Origin: Pristiophorus japonicus
Taxonomy: Eukaryota
Assembly (NCBI RefSeq): GCF_044704955.1
Contig: NC_091981.1
Location: forward strand, 24,738,001-24,802,000
Reading direction: 5' to 3'
Length of the DNA stretch: 64,000 bases
Notes under the pieces: generated by a model
The model's input: the letters and a program-made list of their open reading frames with translations, nothing else
What the model was told of the DNA's origin: nothing
Database searches by the model: none
Shown: in pieces, positions 63,912 through 64,000 of the stretch
Position numbering within the stretch: the stretch's first letter is position 1
How the letters are laid out: each line of letters opens with the position of its first letter
Translations under genes and position numbers: made by a program

Positions 63912-64000
63912 TTTGTTCTCGTGGTCTACTCCTACCCTACTACACACTGAGTGTAACCACCTGTCACAGGCTGGATTCAGGGGGTTACAGGTTTGGGGCT

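Larger units (their letters stand above)
48687..64000 (+). repeat. Segmental duplication, copy B (runs off the window end)
   Basis: Near-identical to 1-14917, including all nested TE junctions. Confidence 0.98.

Overview
Eukaryotic, TE-dense vertebrate DNA, most likely a cartilaginous fish (inferred from abundant CR1 LINEs with (CATAAGAA)n/(CATAGAAA)n tails, plus L2, RTE, Penelope, Gypsy LTR and Harbinger elements). Host-gene content is small. There is a complete two-exon IFIT gene with tandem ISREs and a TATA box (ATGAG exon at 29202-29206, ~485-aa CDS ending at 35205). It lies on the same strand between pieces of a clade-B serpin gene: a putative non-coding exon 1 ending at 15188, an intact 56-codon exon 2 at 25246-25413, and a probable frameshifted CD-loop exon at 47793-47880. 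No further serpin exons were recognised. Positions 1-14917 recur almost identically at 48687-64000, so the serpinB/IFIT block looks like the ~49-kb unit of a recent tandem segmental duplication; an uncollapsed-haplotype assembly artefact cannot be excluded. The copies differ by a 450-bp CR1 insertion and by uneven divergence. All calls are by eye, and TE boundaries are approximate unless a terminal motif is quoted.
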